This document shows, piece by piece, positions 43,295 to 62,121 of a stretch of DNA of 64,000 nucleotides. This stretch comes from the human T2T-CHM13v2.0 reference genome, Homo sapiens, in NCBI RefSeq assembly GCF_009914755.1, contig NC_060927.1. The stretch is one strand, 5' to 3'. The notes below the pieces were generated by a model that was not told the DNA's origin, ran no database searches, and worked only from the letters and a program-made list of their open reading frames with translations. Made by a program: the position numbers and the translations under genes. Position 1 is the stretch's first letter; the number at the start of each line of letters is the position of its first letter.

Positions 43295-43302
43295 ATATAT
43301 TC

Positions 43303-43598
43303 TTTTTTTTTTTTTTTTTAGTAGAGACAGGGTCTTGCTGTCACCAATCATGGCTCACTGCAGTCTCAGCCTCCTGGGGCTCAAGTGATTCTCCCACCTC
43401 AGCCTCCTGAGTAGCTGGGACTACAGGCAAGTGCCGCCATGCCCAGCTAAGTTTGTTGTTGTTGTTGTTTTTCTTAATTTTTAGTAGATACGAGGTCTAA
43501 GCTGCCCAGACTGATCTCGAACTCCTGAGCTCAGGTGATCTTCCAGCCTTAGCCTCCCAAAGTGCAGGAATTACAGGCATGAGCCGCCATGCCTGGCT
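43303..43598 (-). mobile_element. AluJ
   Basis: Diverged antisense dimer. Confidence 0.9.
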
Positions 43599-43823
43599 TA
43601 ATGTATATAAAATAAACTATAATCCCATTAACAGACCCCCCCAAAAAAAACCATTGACAGCATGTTGCTTTTAGGTTTTTCCCCCAGCAATCATTACATT
43701 ATGATAATTTTTAAAGTAATTAAATGTTCTACATTTTAATGGGTATATAATTAATATTATATCAAACTTATATGTTAGCATTTTTTAACCTTCTTCTAAG
43801 GTCAGAGATTTAGGGTGCATTTA

Positions 43824-44284
<461 letters not shown>

Positions 44285-44492
44285 CTAATGTTTGCAGACA
44301 ATTTACCATGTGGTGTGCAAACTTCCAAGCATGATACATTTTATTTAGACTATTAAATGCTAAAATTATTTCCGTTTGATGGATATATAAACTGAGGCAC
44401 AGAGAAACTTACACAGTCACCCAACTAGCAAGTGGCAGAGCCATGACTCAGGCCAAACATACTGACTCCACAGTCTATGCTGTTAAACTCTG

Positions 44493-45096
<604 letters not shown>

Positions 45097-45665
45097 TCAG
45101 CCCTATAAGGGGTTGTCTGTGCACTTACTGTAATCTGTGCTCATTTAGTCAAAGATCTTTCAACTGGTTTATAAGGTTCTGTAGTTAGAAGAATTTCAAG
45201 AGTGTGTAAATCTGGTGTTTACATTTCAATAGACATGAAATGGCTCTTGGTACAGATTGCTTTATATGACCTTACTTTCCAGAGTTTGCTTCAGAGCTGG
45301 CGTGTACAGTGCTACATTTTAAATACCTGAGAAATTATTCCAGGGACATACTGGGAAGCATTCTTCCAAAAGAGGAACCCTTTTCCAAATTAAAGATAGA
45401 CAGGTCACTAACATAGTTAACATCAACTAATCATAGAAAAGCCTAAGAGTATTTGTCAAAAGATTGAAACATTTGGCAAATCTAATTAACATACAGAATA
45501 GCTGTGTAACGTTTTTTTTTTTGGGGGGGGGCATATTGTAGATGAAATTGCAATCGCAAAATTACACATACAAACACACTTTTCAGGGAAAAAGTTATTT
45601 GGGTTTCATCAAATTCACAAAGGAGGGGCCATAAACCTGCAAAACATAAAAATGATAGTATTAGA

Positions 45666-45974
<309 letters not shown>

Positions 45975-47185
45975 CTATGCCAGTACAGATTTTTGCAAAT
46001 TGTGAGATATAAGTGATCCAATTACAAACTTAAAAACAGAATCAAGAAAGTAAGAAGGGAAAGAAGAAAAGTTGGAAGGGAGAAAATACAAGGGCAACAC
46101 CATCTCTTCAGAAATCCTGTCAGTTCATAAACAACTAAATTGAGCAAATGCCTTCGAATTTGGCAACTATTTTTAAATTAGGTATTATGGTTTCAGTTAT
46201 TTCAGCTCCATTATCAATAGAGGTAAATTAGCTAAAATTCAATATAAACGTTTGTGAAATATGGACAACACCAACTAAATTATCACACTTGTCAGCCCAC
46301 ATCTAATCTCTGGAAATCGTACAATCAACTTTGCACCTGGGTAGACAGATAGTCCCAGGCCATTTCCTGGAGACCAATAAGCTCAGATGCTACAGTATGG
46401 TATAAGAAGACCTCTCCTCACCATGTGCCTCTAGTCTTTCCAAGTGCAAATCCAAACTTACTTGTCTCAAAATTTAAAATGGCAAAATGGAAAAGACACA
46501 GCTTTGGGGCCTTTAAAATCTCTAAGTCAGAAGCCAAACCCATATAGTTCAGTGTATACTTACCATCCATTATCTCCTGATGGAAGAGGTTAAAACAAAT
46601 CAGCAGATGTGCACATACTGAGACTCTTTCCTAACTTCACCAAGGTCTAGAATCCCACCAACATAGACACAGATTCATCCTCTCCTGGCTACTGAAGATT
46701 TATTACCTAAATCACTCACCTATCAATTAGTCATATACATCTCTTCTACAGTTTATCTTCAATTTGCTTTAAAAATTGTAAGAACTTTTCATGTTATCTG
46801 TTTATGTCTTACTGCACCTTTACTAAATTATGAAATCTTTGAATGCAGGGTGATACTGAGAATAATATATTTTTATATCCTCTAGCCAACTATAGGACTA
46901 TGAACATAAGATAGGTTATGTTTTTATGTTAATTTTCTTTGGCATGGAGCCAGGGCCAAGGACATCTGTCTGCTCTGTGAGTGACTCACTAAGTGAGTCC
47001 AACCTCCATTTCCTTACTAGACTGGCTGAAGATTCTTTTAACCACCAATAACGTCAAAACTTTTATCTTGTAAGATGCTGTCAGCTGAATGATTAGAAAG
47101 GAACTCTAGAGGAATGATGACAATTAGAAGTAATTTTGCCACTCCAGAAATTGTGAAACAAAGTCTTAAACAATAGTATACCTAT

Positions 47186-47527
<342 letters not shown>

Positions 47528-47624
47528 TTAGAAAAGAGTGACGAATGCTTCCTCAGTTTTGTCACTGTAAAGTAAGGGTAGAAGTTTGTAGAAGGCAAAT
47601 CTTGTCACATCTGCCATTCATTAA

Positions 47625-47840
47625 TCCAGAGATTGACAAACTTTCTGCAGAGTGTCAGATTAATATCTTAGGCTTTGTGAGCCACACAATCTCTGTTGCA
47701 ACAACTCACCTCTGCTGCTGCAGCATGAACGCAGTTATAGGCAACAGTAGGCAAGCGGGTGTGGCTGTGTTTCAACAGAACTTGTATTTACTAGGTGGCA
47801 GGCTGGATCTGGCCCAAGGGCCAGTTTGCTGATTCCTGGT
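47625..47840. mobile_element. MER58A-like element
   Basis: gacaaactttctg...taatatcttaggctttgtgagcca...gtggctgtgtttcaa...ccagtttgctga. Confidence 0.8.
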
Positions 47841-48021
47841 GTAGTCTGCAGAGTTATAGTGCCTTATACCTAGCCCCTACTCAAAGAAGGTACTGAATGA
47901 ACAGCTGAGACAAGTTTAAAATTATGTACAGAATGCAATCTTGACAATTACAATTGTGAATCACTACATTACAGAATATAATCTTGATAATTATAACTGT
48001 GAATGTCACATACTCAGCTTA

Positions 48022-48353
<332 letters not shown>

Positions 48354-49107
48354 TACTAATGATACAGTAAGTCTATATAAATACATGTGATATATACATA
48401 TAGCACACAGCACAAAACTTTGTGTTTATAAGAAATAGAAATTGAATGAGAAAAATCAGAATATAATCATAAAAATACACACTGTAAATGCATTTTCACT
48501 TAATGCTTTTGGATGTTGAATTCCTACTGAGTTGAAATGGAAATATCATCCATAGGAAGAAAAAAATGAGGAAAGGTAAGCAATATTATCACAGTATTAT
48601 TTATCATACACATTAGGACTAAAAATAGTCAGGAAAGAAAGAGCATTATGTCATTCTCTCCCAGTCTTTAACCTTGTAAAAGGTTGTTGAGTTTGTAAAG
48701 GGTATATCAAGAGTGAATACAGGAGGCTATAAAGAGAACTACTTCGTATCATGCAGCCCTGAAAAATTAACACTTAATAATTATAATAATAAAAAGTCAC
48801 TTTTGCCCTGCTTTAGGATGCTACCTCTTATTTTGTTAATTTTTTCCAAAAATATTCCTTCCTTTGGCTCTGAGAGGCATGACTCTGCTGTTGAAAAGCA
48901 AAAGACATTTTACGCACAATTTTCCCTCTACTAGGAAGAGGTATATTGTGCCCTTCAGTGAACATAAAATTGATATTATCATCTCTTAGTTTATATCTCA
49001 CTACTTAACCTTCAGATTAAAAGTTATTGGATTTGAATGACTAAGAAGACATCATGTCACCTTCCCTTCAATGTGGAGAGACCGAAGTTGAAGATGAGAC
49101 AAGGTAA

Positions 49108-49457
<350 letters not shown>

Positions 49458-51063
49458 GCTGCTTTGTCTCTTTTAATAGGTGGCTGTGATACTGACAACT
49501 CAGTTGTGTTTGTGTGGATAATAAATTCTGAAATTAATGGTCTACCTGAAGAAACTTTGCTGAAGATTAATATGTGTTAGGAAGTTCATTTTATTTTTGG
49601 TACAGTCAAAAAGGAGCTGTCTAACAATAGGGATAAAATAGTTAATTCAAGGGGAACACAGGGTTACCAACCTTAAAAAAAAATCCAATATCCTCCACAG
49701 TTGGTATCTGCACTATCAGTTTATGCAGAAGATCCTGCAAAATGTCCACATGGAAGGACTAAAGAGAAAAACAGAGCTTGCTTCCTGCCTTCCCTCTCTG
49801 GGCATGGCTAAATTTAAATACACAAAGAAGACTGGGCCTTTATGTCCCCAGGCAGTTTAATCTATACCTCCTAAATGAGTCTTCCAATAGCACCAGCTGT
49901 TTAATAATTGCACATTGTACTTTTCCAACAAAAGAAACACAACATACGCTCCCCCACCACCTTAAAAACAAAGTCAATATGGAACAAAGACTTTATCAAA
50001 GATCTAACTTCATAGTTTTGTTCTCTCAAAGAGATAAGCCCATTCCATGATCAATGGGAACACAAGCATTTTATCAGTACTTCCCATGTGACTTTTGGAA
50101 GATGTATTCATTAGTAACTGTCAAAGGCTAAATGGAAAATACTTGATAATTTTAACACAAATAAACATATGCAATCAAAATAGTGAGTTTTAGCTACACA
50201 GAATGTCTTTCTGTAGAAGTCTTTTTAAAAAATGACTTTTTCAAAATAAGCCCATCCTTTATTATAAGTTCTTAACCTCCTAGTGGCAGCTAAGAAAGGA
50301 GTTCAGGTTCTTCCCCATGCCTCTCTCTTTCTGTTTCATTGGTGCCCCCATTTTGCCAGTCATTAAGATGGAACATCCTGACTCATCATTGGTAACTCCC
50401 ACTCCTTGGTATTTGCATACCTCATAATTCAAAAGGTCCTGTTTTTCCCAACACTCCCCTCAACAATCTCTTCTTATCCAGTCCTTCCTTTCTCTTTCTG
50501 TGTCACTCATTCATAAATAGTCTGTCACAGAACTGCCCTACATCAGGTACTGTGCTGTGTGCTGTGGAAGTACCAGGTAATGAGGAAGGTGATCCCGGCC
50601 CCCATTCCCTGATGGAACCTAGACTTCACTAAGGGATTCAGATGGAGGAGGAGATGTTCAAGAAGCCAGGAGGGATCAACAACAGGGTGCCCTCAATTCA
50701 CTGGGGCCACGTTAGTGGCCGATTACTAAATGTCAGACCAACTGCAGTAGCGCTGTCATGGCCACTCATCTCTCCGGGATTTCTTCCCTTCCAAGCCAGC
50801 TAGGTTCAACCTTCTCATTTACTTTTAATACACCACCTCTTATATGATCTTTCTTCTCTACTTAGAACCCTCCCATAAGCCGAACCCAATCTGCCTTTTC
50901 ACCATCTTCCCATCTTCCTACTGCCTCCATAGTTATTCTTCGGGATCTAGCTAAGTAAACTCTAAGTTATTCTCCCATGTTTTCCTAGCACCTAACATAT
51001 CAGTTCCCCCTCCACCCCCATTTTCTTCCACATACGGAGGCTCAATAAATAATAGTTAAATGA

Positions 51064-51403
51064 GGCTGGGTGTGGTGGCACATGTCTGTAATCCTGGCAC
51101 TTTGGGAGGCTGAGGCAGGAGGATCGCTTGAGCCCAGGAGTTCAAGACCAGCCTAGGCAATATAGTGAGACCCATATCTCTACAGGAAAACAAAAAGAAA
51201 AACAACAACAACAAAAAACAGCTGGCCTGCCGTCCCAGCAACTCAGAAGCCTGATGGTGGGAGAATCGCTTGAGCCCGGGGAGGTAAAGCCTTCAGTAAG
51301 CCATGTAAGCCATGATCGCAACCCTGTACTCTCTGTACTCTAACCTGGGTGACCGAGCTAGACCCCATCTCCAAAAAAAAAAAAAAAAAAAAAAAAAGAA
51401 AAA
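51064..51403 (+). mobile_element. AluJ
   Basis: Diverged dimer; TSD agttaaatga. Confidence 0.88.
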
Positions 51404-53385
51404 GTTAAATGAAAATATGCAAATGATCAAAGAAATAAATTGCAGCTGTTTTCTAGTGGAGCTCACTTATGAGCCCACTTGCAACAAAGCTGAGACAAGG
51501 TCAGTATGGGAAACTCTTCATGACATTTTCTTGTCGGCAGGGGAGGGGAGATAATGTGGCTCTATTTTTATGAATCAAATCAAACACAGTATTTAGCAAA
51601 GGGTCTCTGGAATGTTACAAGTAACACTTCATAATTACAATAGATTTGAGTTCAAAGACAAAGTGATGAAAAGAAACTTTCTAACATGGGGTTCAATTCC
51701 CTACATAAACTTCCTTCTTGTGGCTCAGTGTACCACTGGCATTTATATTGCTATTCTTCTTTGTCATAAAAGCAGTCACCTTGTAACCCTTTTTATCAAG
51801 TAATCTATGCACTACCTAAAAGTACACTAGACTCCATCAGGCGAGCTATAGGTTTACATTATATAAACATTCCAATTCTGCCTGCTCAGCACTAGTTGTT
51901 GATAAACGCAAGCCATTGCAAAACAGCAAAGTAGGTTCCTTGCCTTCAGAGAGCAGATAGGACCTGCCAGTTCTGCAAAAACAAACTCTTGGCAATCACT
52001 GAAACTAATCTGTCAACAAATTACCATTAAAGTCATACCTCCTGAAAGTTCAAAAACAGACTTGTGAGTAGACAAGAGATAGGGCGTTCTTTTTTTATGA
52101 TTATTTTTATTAGCTCACCGGTCAGGGCTTAAAATTATCTTTTCAAAGTGGCAAAGCTTTCTCTTGAAGTCAAGAGGGTACACTTCACTCATAATGAAAT
52201 GTGGCACCTGGCTTTCTATTACCACATTCTCCTCTGTTACAGGTCTTTTTTCTTCTTTTGCTTCTTGTGCCATTTTAATTTTCAATGGAGAGATTAATGA
52301 CACATAACTGTTTAGTAATCAAAACTTGAAAGAATTTCATACAAGGCTCAAATCACAAGTTACATAAATCTTTGACAACAATATTTTGATGGAAGGCAGG
52401 TCTAAACTAACAGAGTAGAGAACTAAATTTAGCATTCAGGGTGAAATATGCCTTTTCTAGAAACAGCCCCAAAGGGAATTAAGAACATGTTGGGGGGTCA
52501 GTGTTGTGGCTGCTTTTTCTTTATTTGTCAGAATTATCTGAATCCTGTCTCAGTTTTGTTTCAATTTGTTTGTACGGTTATCACTAACATTTTGGTGGCA
52601 TTGATTCCTACACAAAATATTTTTGACCATCAATACTTTTCACGTTATTTGAACTATGCAAGGTCTTCAATAAAAGTGTATCTCAGCATAGCAATTCCTT
52701 TAAAATTACAGCTGGGTTTTTACCTACTAGCAAGGGAAGGTGCTAGCCCCCAGCACAGTACCTGGCCCCATGAAAGCATTCAATAAATACTAATAATACC
52801 TTCTTCTATGCCCCCTTTCTGGAAGTTCCCCTTCTAGGACACAGAGGTGCTGATCAGCTTTTCCCTGTCAGCATCAAGAGACCCTCCTTTCAGACACAGT
52901 CAGTCTCCAGCAGCTACAACGGGAAAGGCCAATTGAGGGCATTTCTAACAAAGTTCATAAGCCACCTTTTTCAAAGAAAAAAGTGGTAGAATGGTACGGC
53001 CAATCCAGCCATTGCTACCCAGTCTTTACACCTATAGATCCATACCATATAACCTGCGTCATTTCCCATAAGGTATGAAACAAGGCCAGGAATGGCCTCT
53101 GGAATTTTAATATGGTGCCCCAGAGGCCTAAGGGTAAAAATGAGATCCAAAGAATGAGATGCAATAAGCACCTTCATCCAGTGGTGGTTGCTGCCAGTAC
53201 AGACACCAACAGCTATTTCTTGCAGGCATTGTTTCTCACAGAGGCAGTTAAAAAGCTGGAAATGTTTGTGAGACAGCTTTCTTCTTCTACTCAATGTCCA
53301 CCAGCAATTTCACTAACAAAAACTAATGAAGGGATGGATTTTGCCATTTTGAATGTGAAGAAAATAATTTTCATTTGCTTGTGTA

Positions 53386-53685
<300 letters not shown>

Positions 53686-53815
53686 TGCTTGTATATTTCT
53701 TTATGCTGAAAAGAAAAAAGTATTTCTACCCTCCTCCCCCACTTAAAACACTGATACTATGGTCCCTCAAATACCATTTCCCATGTTCAGAGGACCCTGG
53801 GATATCAATTCCTGA

Positions 53816-54183
<368 letters not shown>

Positions 54184-57100
54184 TCTACATCCCCTTTGAA
54201 TGTACATAACTAGACTCTTTGCCTGAGTCCCACCCATTTCTCTGAGCTTCTTGCGTTCTGGGAAATGACTAATCTTTGACCTCCTTCAATGGTTCATTGG
54301 AAAAATTCAACCCGATGGGTCCTCTTTACTCCCCTTCTTCTTTTTCAAGAGAAGTTCCCTATCTACCGTTCCCACCTCCTTGCTAGTCATTTCACATTTT
54401 CTCTCCTTCTTTTACATTGTTAACTTAAAACATACTCACTGTCTTCTGGGCCACAAGACCCAACACCTTAAACCAGATGTCAAAGAAAGAAGCCACGGGA
54501 AGTAAACACTTTGCTTATCCACACTTTCTAAATAATACATGTTCAAATTCTAAATATGGCATATCTTAAAAGTTTTTTCTCACAGATTCCCTCTAAACTG
54601 CTCTCTTCATATAAAATGATAGCCACACCTCAGAACTGCAGCAACCAAAGCTCTCTCTATACTGACTTGCAGACAATAAAACTGCCAGGTGGTACCAAAA
54701 AAAAAAAAAAAAAGAAAGAAAGAAACCCCACAAAAACCTCATCATTAAATGGAATGTTGTTAAGAAATAGCTGTTTTATTTAACAGCTATTCATTTTTAT
54801 TGAATAAACATTTTCTAGTATGCATTCTGTTAATTGACCTGACAGCATATGCTGTATATGGAGAAACTTCTAAACATTATGCTCTATGTAATATGCTTAT
54901 CTGAAAAAGCTCTCATTTGCAGCAATATGGAAATAAAATTCTGCTTTCTAAAATTCAAGACTTTTAAAATGCATTAATCCACACAGTTTATGAAATTGTT
55001 CTGGACATTTTAAAATCCTTTCTTTAAGGAAAAAAAAAAACTTTAGTAATTGCTAATAGTATTTGTTGCTGAGTTTCATAATGGAGCAGTGCACATCCAA
55101 TACAACTTTTACAGACATAGAAATGGTGCAGGGATAATAGGAAATAAAAAGCAGTTATGGTATCGGGTAAAGAATTACTCAACAGATAAAAGAAAATGTT
55201 CAGAAACTCTATCAAATTATATTATTAGAAAACTATTGTTATAATAGTTTCATGGCTCAGACATAAATAGAGTTGAAACATTACAGAGATAATACATTTA
55301 GTCTTGAGGAAGAAAGACAGTTTGTGAGTGTGTTGGCGGGCTCTACCAGCTAATGGCAGCACCTCTCTTGGGCTGATGGCTTCTGAGTGATGAGTCTACC
55401 TTCCAGCCCAGAATCGCCAACTCCGCTACCTAGAGGCATAAATGAGCAATGCTGCTGGTGGGAACGAGAGCAGGCTGGAGGGCTCCCTGTCTTCAATAGC
55501 AATTCATCTCCCAACAATTGTTGCCGTTGTGGGACTATCAGCCCAAGGTTACCAGATATTCTAATTTTTCAAAAGAAGATGGAAAAGCCAGATTTGCCCC
55601 ATTTCTCTAGGTTGTCAACTAACTAATTTTTAGAAATGACAATACCATTTGAACGCAATTAAGCCAACCTATAAACAAAACTCACTATGGAACTAGTGCA
55701 CTCCATAGTGAATCTTTGTCAGGGCCCTCCCATTCTGAAAACGGCATTTGCTGTAATTTGTAATTATCTTTGATAATATGAAGCAAACATGGAAAGGTTT
55801 GCATTTATTTATTTTATATCCTGGCACTGAGTAAAAACTCTCCCCGTATCCTCAATGATGGTATTGGTGCAACTGGAAAATCCTCCAACATTCAATATAA
55901 CACACAGCGTAATTAACTCGTTTTTATACCAGGCCCTTTTAAGCCAGATCTTTGTGTTCCATGGACTTCTAACATATTTTACAGTTCTAATTCTCTTCCA
56001 CTGTCCTACATTAATCAAAGCTGTAACCCCTGTTGTCTTTGTACTACGGAATCTGAATGTGCCCCTGGCGAGGAATGGGGGAAAAGTCAACAGGAATTAA
56101 ATTTCAGTGCAACTGTTTACTCAACTGTGGCCTGCAGTTATTGAAATTTTATCCGTGGTTTTGTGTGACTACCGCAGTAATGAATTCAGCATGGCTATGA
56201 TTTTCTCACTGCTGGTATTCTCACTTCAAGTAAAAACCTGTAGAATAAAAATGATGAAAACAACCATAGTCCATTGTAGAATGCTCACATTTCTCCAAAC
56301 TGTCTAATTGTCGCAGTTTTCAGTCTGGAAGAAAACTCTGATAACTCTAGTCCTGTAGAAATATTTTCAGGCCTGTAGTTTTTCTTATTTCATCTACAGA
56401 TTTCCCTTTTCCCCAACAACCTGTTAAAAGCCTTATCATATACTTAGGGGAGTTGAACAGCTGTCAATGTTATATTTTAAAAGACTTCAAAAGGCTTTGC
56501 TAATCACAATACAGGGGGTTTTAGCCACAGTGATAGACCCCACTGCTTTGTTTCTTCCCAAAATGTGTCAACGACATACGGAGAAAAAACTGTCATAAAA
56601 ACATTTAAAAACAGTATAAAAGTCTAATCATAATACATTTCTTGACCTTTGTGTCAATAACCCATAACAACAAATTTTCCAAAGTGGACACAGCCAAAGG
56701 AAGATGTGGATAAATATGTTTGCAACTGATACTTTTTAAGGAAGATGTTGGTGAAATATGCTTTTATAATTTTATTCTATGTAGCCAATTTGTTATCACT
56801 GTTGTGTGTGTGGGCGCATGTGTGTGTGCACATGTTTTGATGGTTTATATGTAAAGTTTTTTGGCTGGCTTACTACTTTGAGATCCTGAATGATTTTTAG
56901 CTCCTCAAAAAAAATCAGAATTTCCCATTTATGTAATTAATGTACTCTAAATATTAATTATTTAGTATCACATCAGTCAGTAGTAGCCCCATATCAAGTG
57001 CTCAAGTGCTTCATAAAGAAATGGGCAATCTTGACACTTGTCTGGTAAGGGCACAGAAGATAGCATTCAGCAACATTAACTATTTGTTCTGAATAAAATG

Positions 57101-58335
57101 GCTGAGAACATCACATGAACATGTACTTGCACAAATACACGGAGACCCTTTTACTATCTACTGCTGGGTTTTGCTAACAACCTCACTGGTTGGAATTTGG
57201 CCATCTGCACTAACTTAAATGCACAAAGTTTATACACAACAAGCATCACAAATTCCAGCTGAAGTGAGCCAGTGGTGCAGGCACAAATGGGTTTGGGCTG
57301 CCAATGAAAGAAAGATCAAATCACTTGCAGGAAGTCCTCTGAATTAAGACTTTTGCTGGTCTGTTACTTTTCCTTTCTTTCGCTTTGTTGCATCTTTCTC
57401 CCAACAGGTTCCACAGGCTCATGTTGGTTCCACCACCTTGTAAGGAGCTAACAGTCTAATCATTCCTTATTCCTTAAAAAACTCTTCGCAAGGAGAAAAT
57501 AAAACATGCTTTATAGCTTGTCTCCAAGTTGCATCCCAAACAAGCTTAGCTTCTCTGACACAGATTCCAAGAAAATGGTTTGAGCACTTTGTCCCTATCT
57601 TCTTCCTCCCCACAAGAGTTCCTGCAGCTTTCAGAAAGGCCCAAAGATACTTCATTCTTTTTAATTCACCTGTTTCTGAGTGGCGCCATAACTATGTTTT
57701 GAATAAGTAAATCAAGAACAAAACCGGTCATAAACCATCTATTATTATTAACAAAGCCTAATAATATTTCCTGATTCCGAGGAATCAGGAAAGGCGGGAA
57801 AACCAAAGCCAGTCTTCAAGCAAATGTTGTTTACTTATTTGAATATTTATCAACACTTTGACAACAGAACACTATTTCTTGGGTCGCCTGTACCATTCGG
57901 AAATATTTTACCAGTCACTCACAGGTACCCAGGTCCATACCTGTAAAAAGTATAACTAACAGGAATGAGTACATCCCAACTTATGTACATTTTGGGGAGG
58001 CACCAATAAGAGCTAATTTAAAGCAGTAAGACTTAGCCACAAACCCAGTGCTGCATGAATACAGGGAACATATGTAAATACTCTATACCCCCAAATCCTA
58101 CACGTAGAGGGAAGCAGCTTCCTACAGTGATGCCCGTGTTCTAGATGTTTTGGCTGTTATCTCGCCATCTCCGCCTGTCTTTCTATGTATTTATTTCAAC
58201 TCTCCTTACTCATCTACTCTTTTTCTCTCTTTTATTCCTTAGCTCTTATTTCCTTCTTCACAGGCTTAAGCCTGTTTTTCGTTTAATTTTTATTTTTGCA
58301 TGAAAGCAGTGGGAACCATTTCTCCAAAGAATAAT

Positions 58336-58341
58336 TTTATT
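58336..58341 (-). terminator. Polyadenylation signal AATAAA of the short isoform
   Basis: Minus strand TTT-TGAATAAA: the hexamer shares its first A with the TGA stop. Confidence 0.75.
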
Positions 58342-58505
58342 CAAAATGGGGAAGGGTTAGGCTGACACACAGGTCCACTCATCTTCGTCTCAGCAACTGC
58401 TCCCCACAAGGGGACCTGCAGGACTTCCAACTCCCAAGGGCTTGAAATTAGTCTCTTAAGCCAACTGCTGGGACTCCTAGAGGGCTGATGGTTTATGAGA
58501 TGCCA
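58341..58505 (-). CDS. FOXP1: Alternative terminal exon of the short 114-aa FOXP1 isoform (no forkhead domain)
   Basis: Acceptor ctttctgtctgtcag| then WHLINHQPSRSPSSWLKRLISSPWELEVLQVPLWGAVAETKMSGPVCQPNPSPF-TGA, in frame with the phase-0 donor at 58639; matches the short-isoform C-terminus as I recall it. Confidence 0.92.
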   Translation of the reverse strand, partial: WHLINHQPSRSPSSWLKRLISSPWELEVLQVPLWGAVAETKMSGPVCQPNPSPF

Positions 58506-58829
<324 letters not shown>

Positions 58830-59109
58830 CTGATACAAGGATTTCCAAGATGGGGGGTGGGAGGGGGGGAGAAAAAAAAAGCAGCTGTTAAAGCAGTTGT
58901 TGTGCATAAGGAGAAGGGCCTTGGTTTAAATGTTGCCAAAATCTGTAAACAGTTGTCATTTTCTTTCACTCAACTTATCCCCTCATTAGTGGGCCATGCC
59001 CCTAGTTTCGGGTCTGAAACTGTCATTCCCAATTCAAGTTTCAGTAGTATTGTTTTAAATATATTACTTTTTTACCCTTAGAAAAACTAGTATTTGTAAG
59101 TAAACCTAG

Positions 59110-59426
<317 letters not shown>

Positions 59427-59516
59427 AAGATTAAATTTTTCTTCTATCTGGTTCCTTTGCTCAAAAACCAGCAAGTCATCCTATAGAGCATATTAGGTAT
59501 AAACATTAAATTTTAA

Positions 59517-59861
<345 letters not shown>

Positions 59862-59881
59862 TAATAGAAAAAATATATATA

Positions 59882-60197
<316 letters not shown>

Positions 60198-60233
60198 AGG
60201 GTGCAAAATGAGTAGCTAGAAAATATCACTTAG

Positions 60234-60555
<322 letters not shown>

Positions 60556-60699
60556 TCACTTAGGTGTAAATACATTTCACATTCACTCTTATTACTCTCT
60601 GGGCACAAAACCATTATCCCAGAGAGCCGATTCAGCACTTGGCTCAGAAAAGATGTTCAAAGATGAGAAAAGACAGATAGCATTTGCTAATACCAACTG

Positions 60700-60920
60700 C
60701 TACCATCTACTGATCACCAGTGTTGGGTCAGGCAGGCCCTAATGCAGGTGATTTACACATATTCTCCAATTTAGTGCTGCTGATGATTGTTACCCCCAGT
60801 TTGCGGATGAGAAAACTAAGGATCCACAAGTTATTTAGTTTGTCCACTACATGTCACAGCTAGTAATGGTGGAATCAGGATTTGAAGCAGTTCAGTTAAG
60901 TCAAAGCCCTTTACCACAAT
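60700..60920 (-). mobile_element. MIR
   Basis: gatgagaaaactaagg...gtcacagctagtaatggtggaatcaggatttgaa. Confidence 0.75.
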
Positions 60921-61802
60921 GTGTATTTTTAAAGTTGAGGTTCAGTGGGGGCAAAACAATGAGAACGGCAGGCTCACACTCCAAGTTCACAGACCAGAAT
61001 TTGGAAAAGGAAAAGCAACAATCATTAAAGGAAGTGAAGAGTTCAAACATGAAAGCTGAGAAATGCCTGAATAATTAAGACTTTAATGTGAAATACCAAT
61101 CCCAGATTAAAGGGCAGAAAATTTTTAGGCAAATGTGTTCCAATTGTGGAAGGACATATGTACAACCAATGCTACAGATTTCTGCCCCATACATGAAATG
61201 TGACAACAGGGAAATTTCAATCTTTGGGTATCTTTAGAGGACATTGTTTTCTTGCTAGAAATTGGATGAAGTCTGTTTTCTACAGACTTGCACAAAAACC
61301 AAATGGAAAAATTAAAAGCAGAAAAATTCACATGTTTCTTCATTTCCTTTCACTGTATAGCATGATCCAACTTGATACAGACTCTTCATAAACCCAAAGA
61401 CGTATATATTTTTTAAGTTGATCCAATTCAAAAGTGGATTGAGAATGGCATTTTTCACTAGCAGGTGGGAAACAAACTCAGAAGTAACAGCTGATTCACT
61501 CTCATTTTTTGATTTCTATTATTATTTTTTCATTCTCATGTCTTCAGATCAGACTTTCTAATAACTACAGTCCTTTAGAAATTGCAGTTATATTCTTACT
61601 GTCCACAGAGTAAAGCGTCTATCAAAAATAACCAAAATCTTCCCTAAGATATAAGAATCAGGTAACAAGATAATTTGTGACAACATGAGTGCCTTGTTCA
61701 TCACCAAAAAAGAAATGAATTAGTGAAACCTAGGTACTTTTCCCTGGGCGTTTCAGTCTCTCTTCCACAAACTTGCCCCTTTGTACAGAACTAAAGGAAA
61801 AG

Positions 61803-62121
<319 letters not shown>

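Noticed and set aside
46977-46999. gactcact-a-agtgagtc palindrome with an AP-1 site
   Set aside because: Short, and probably within a decayed MIR; chance-level
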